This document shows, one piece after another, positions 62,969-64,000 of a stretch of 64,000 nt of DNA. The stretch is from IMG/VR virus record IMGVR_UViG_3300027969_000040, one strand, 5' to 3'. This DNA is from a virus (taxonomy: Duplodnaviria; Caudoviricetes). Each line of letters starts with the position of its first letter. Position 1 is the first letter of the stretch. The translations under genes and the position numbers were made by a program. The notes below the pieces were generated by a model that was given only the letters and a program-made list of their open reading frames with translations, made no database searches and had not been told where the DNA came from.

Positions 62969-64000
62969 TTATACCACACCCGGCATCGGAGCATTTGCCC
63001 CGCCTCCAATTGGGGTCGCACCACCACCTGCGCCCACTCCAGCAGCACCGGGCATACCGCCGGGCATACCGCCGGGCATACCGAGATCGCCGCCAGGCAT
63101 ACTGCCATCTAATCCGGGTAATGCTTCGGCATTAGTCATATCACCGCTGATTGCACCCGGTGTTATGCCTACACTACGTAAACCAACATCATTTGCATCA
63201 CCGGCAGTTTTTGTTTCCCCTTGCTCTTCGAGCCATGCTTCTTCGTTTTCGGACATCTCTTGTTCGTTTAGTCCCAAATAACGTTTCATTAAGAATCTCT
63301 TAGAGAAATACGGATATTGCTCTAGCTGCGTATATGTATTGATACGTGCTGCATCAACTTCTGTTTGCCGATATTGTGCAAAATTCTGCGGTTCGTTAAG
63401 ATCTAATGTAAACAATTGACTGTCTATATTAATACCTCTCCAACGCATAAACATCTTAAATTCGTTGTCTAGTTTACCAACAATCATGTTTTGTAATCTG
63501 ACACAATAACGATTAAAACGCCACTCTTGAATTAAAGCAGTACCCACTCTACCGTCAGTAATTGATGCTGTTCCGTCATCTGCACCAGTTGGTAAGTAGC
63601 TGCTAGGAATACGCAAGCCACGGAATAACTTGTTAGTAAAGAAGCGCAAGTCGGTGATTTCACCTAAATTCTGCCCACCTTGCAATACTTCAACTTTGCT
63701 ACCACGGCCTTCGGCTGTTTGTGGAAAGAAAAAGTCTTCGTTAGTGGATATAGGATTGTATGTAGCATCCATCATATTTGCGCCGCCTCCAGTCTGGCTA
63801 GGGATTCTACGTTGTTGAATTTCGTTTTTAACACGCTCAACAAATGCCATGGCCATATGACTTGGCATATTACCAACGTCTACATAAAATGCTCTACGCT
63901 CTGGCGCACGTTGCACACGATAAATGATAATAGCATCTTCGATAAGTTCTTTTTGTTTAAACACTTTAAAAATGTTTTCTAATACGCTATTACCAAAAGG
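62969..64000 (-). CDS. gp20: Portal protein, T4 gp20-like, 5'-truncated by window edge
   Basis: LIEDAIIIYRVQRAPERRAFYVDVGNMP, EDFFFPQ..EGRGSKVE-x-L-x-GGQNLGEI and LFRGLRIPSS are gp20 motifs; frame stays open to base 64000 (PFGNSVLENIFKV). Confidence 0.96.
   Translation of the reverse strand, partial: PFGNSVLENIFKVFKQKELIEDAIIIYRVQRAPERRAFYVDVGNMPSHMAMAFVERVKNEIQQRRIPSQTGGGANMMDATYNPISTNEDFFFPQTAEGRGSKVEVLQGGQNLGEITDLRFFTNKLFRGLRIPSSYLPTGADDGTASITDGRVGTALIQEWRFNRYCVRLQNMIVGKLDNEFKMFMRWRGINIDSQLFTLDLNEPQNFAQYRQTEVDAARINTYTQLEQYPYFSKRFLMKRYLGLNEQEMSENEEAWLEEQGETKTAGDANDVGLRSVGITPGAISGDMTNAEALPGLDGSMPGGDLGMPGGMPGGMPGAAGVGAGGGATPIGGGANAPMPGVV

Overview
This window is the virion-morphogenesis region of a large T4-superfamily-type tailed phage. 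All credible genes (33, two truncated by the window edges) lie on the minus strand and use the standard genetic code. From the right: a T4-like head module (portal gp20, small protein, acidic core protein, prohead protease gp21, scaffold gp22, major capsid gp23) is followed by about 57 kb of fibre, receptor-binding and accessory virion proteins. These carry LamG/concanavalin-like, glycine-rich, collagen, beta-helix, beta-propeller, SGNH esterase, ILEI-like, nidogen-like and reelin-like modules. Intergenic DNA has ATAAATA late promoters and rho-independent terminators. No RT, integrase, transposase, CRISPR array, tRNA or rRNA was seen. Three things stand out. (1) Pervasive nested ('matryoshka') domain insertion, clearest in a 3732-aa protein whose 15 LamG cores and 15 completing segments parse like balanced brackets. 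(2) A repeated gene pairing of a hydrophobic C-terminal peptide with a small adaptor protein, suggesting a plug-and-socket system for branched fibres. (3) Late promoters at the apex of hairpins that bury the downstream ribosome-binding site, plus a three-hairpin leader after the capsid gene. All domain calls come from motif recognition by eye, not from database searches.
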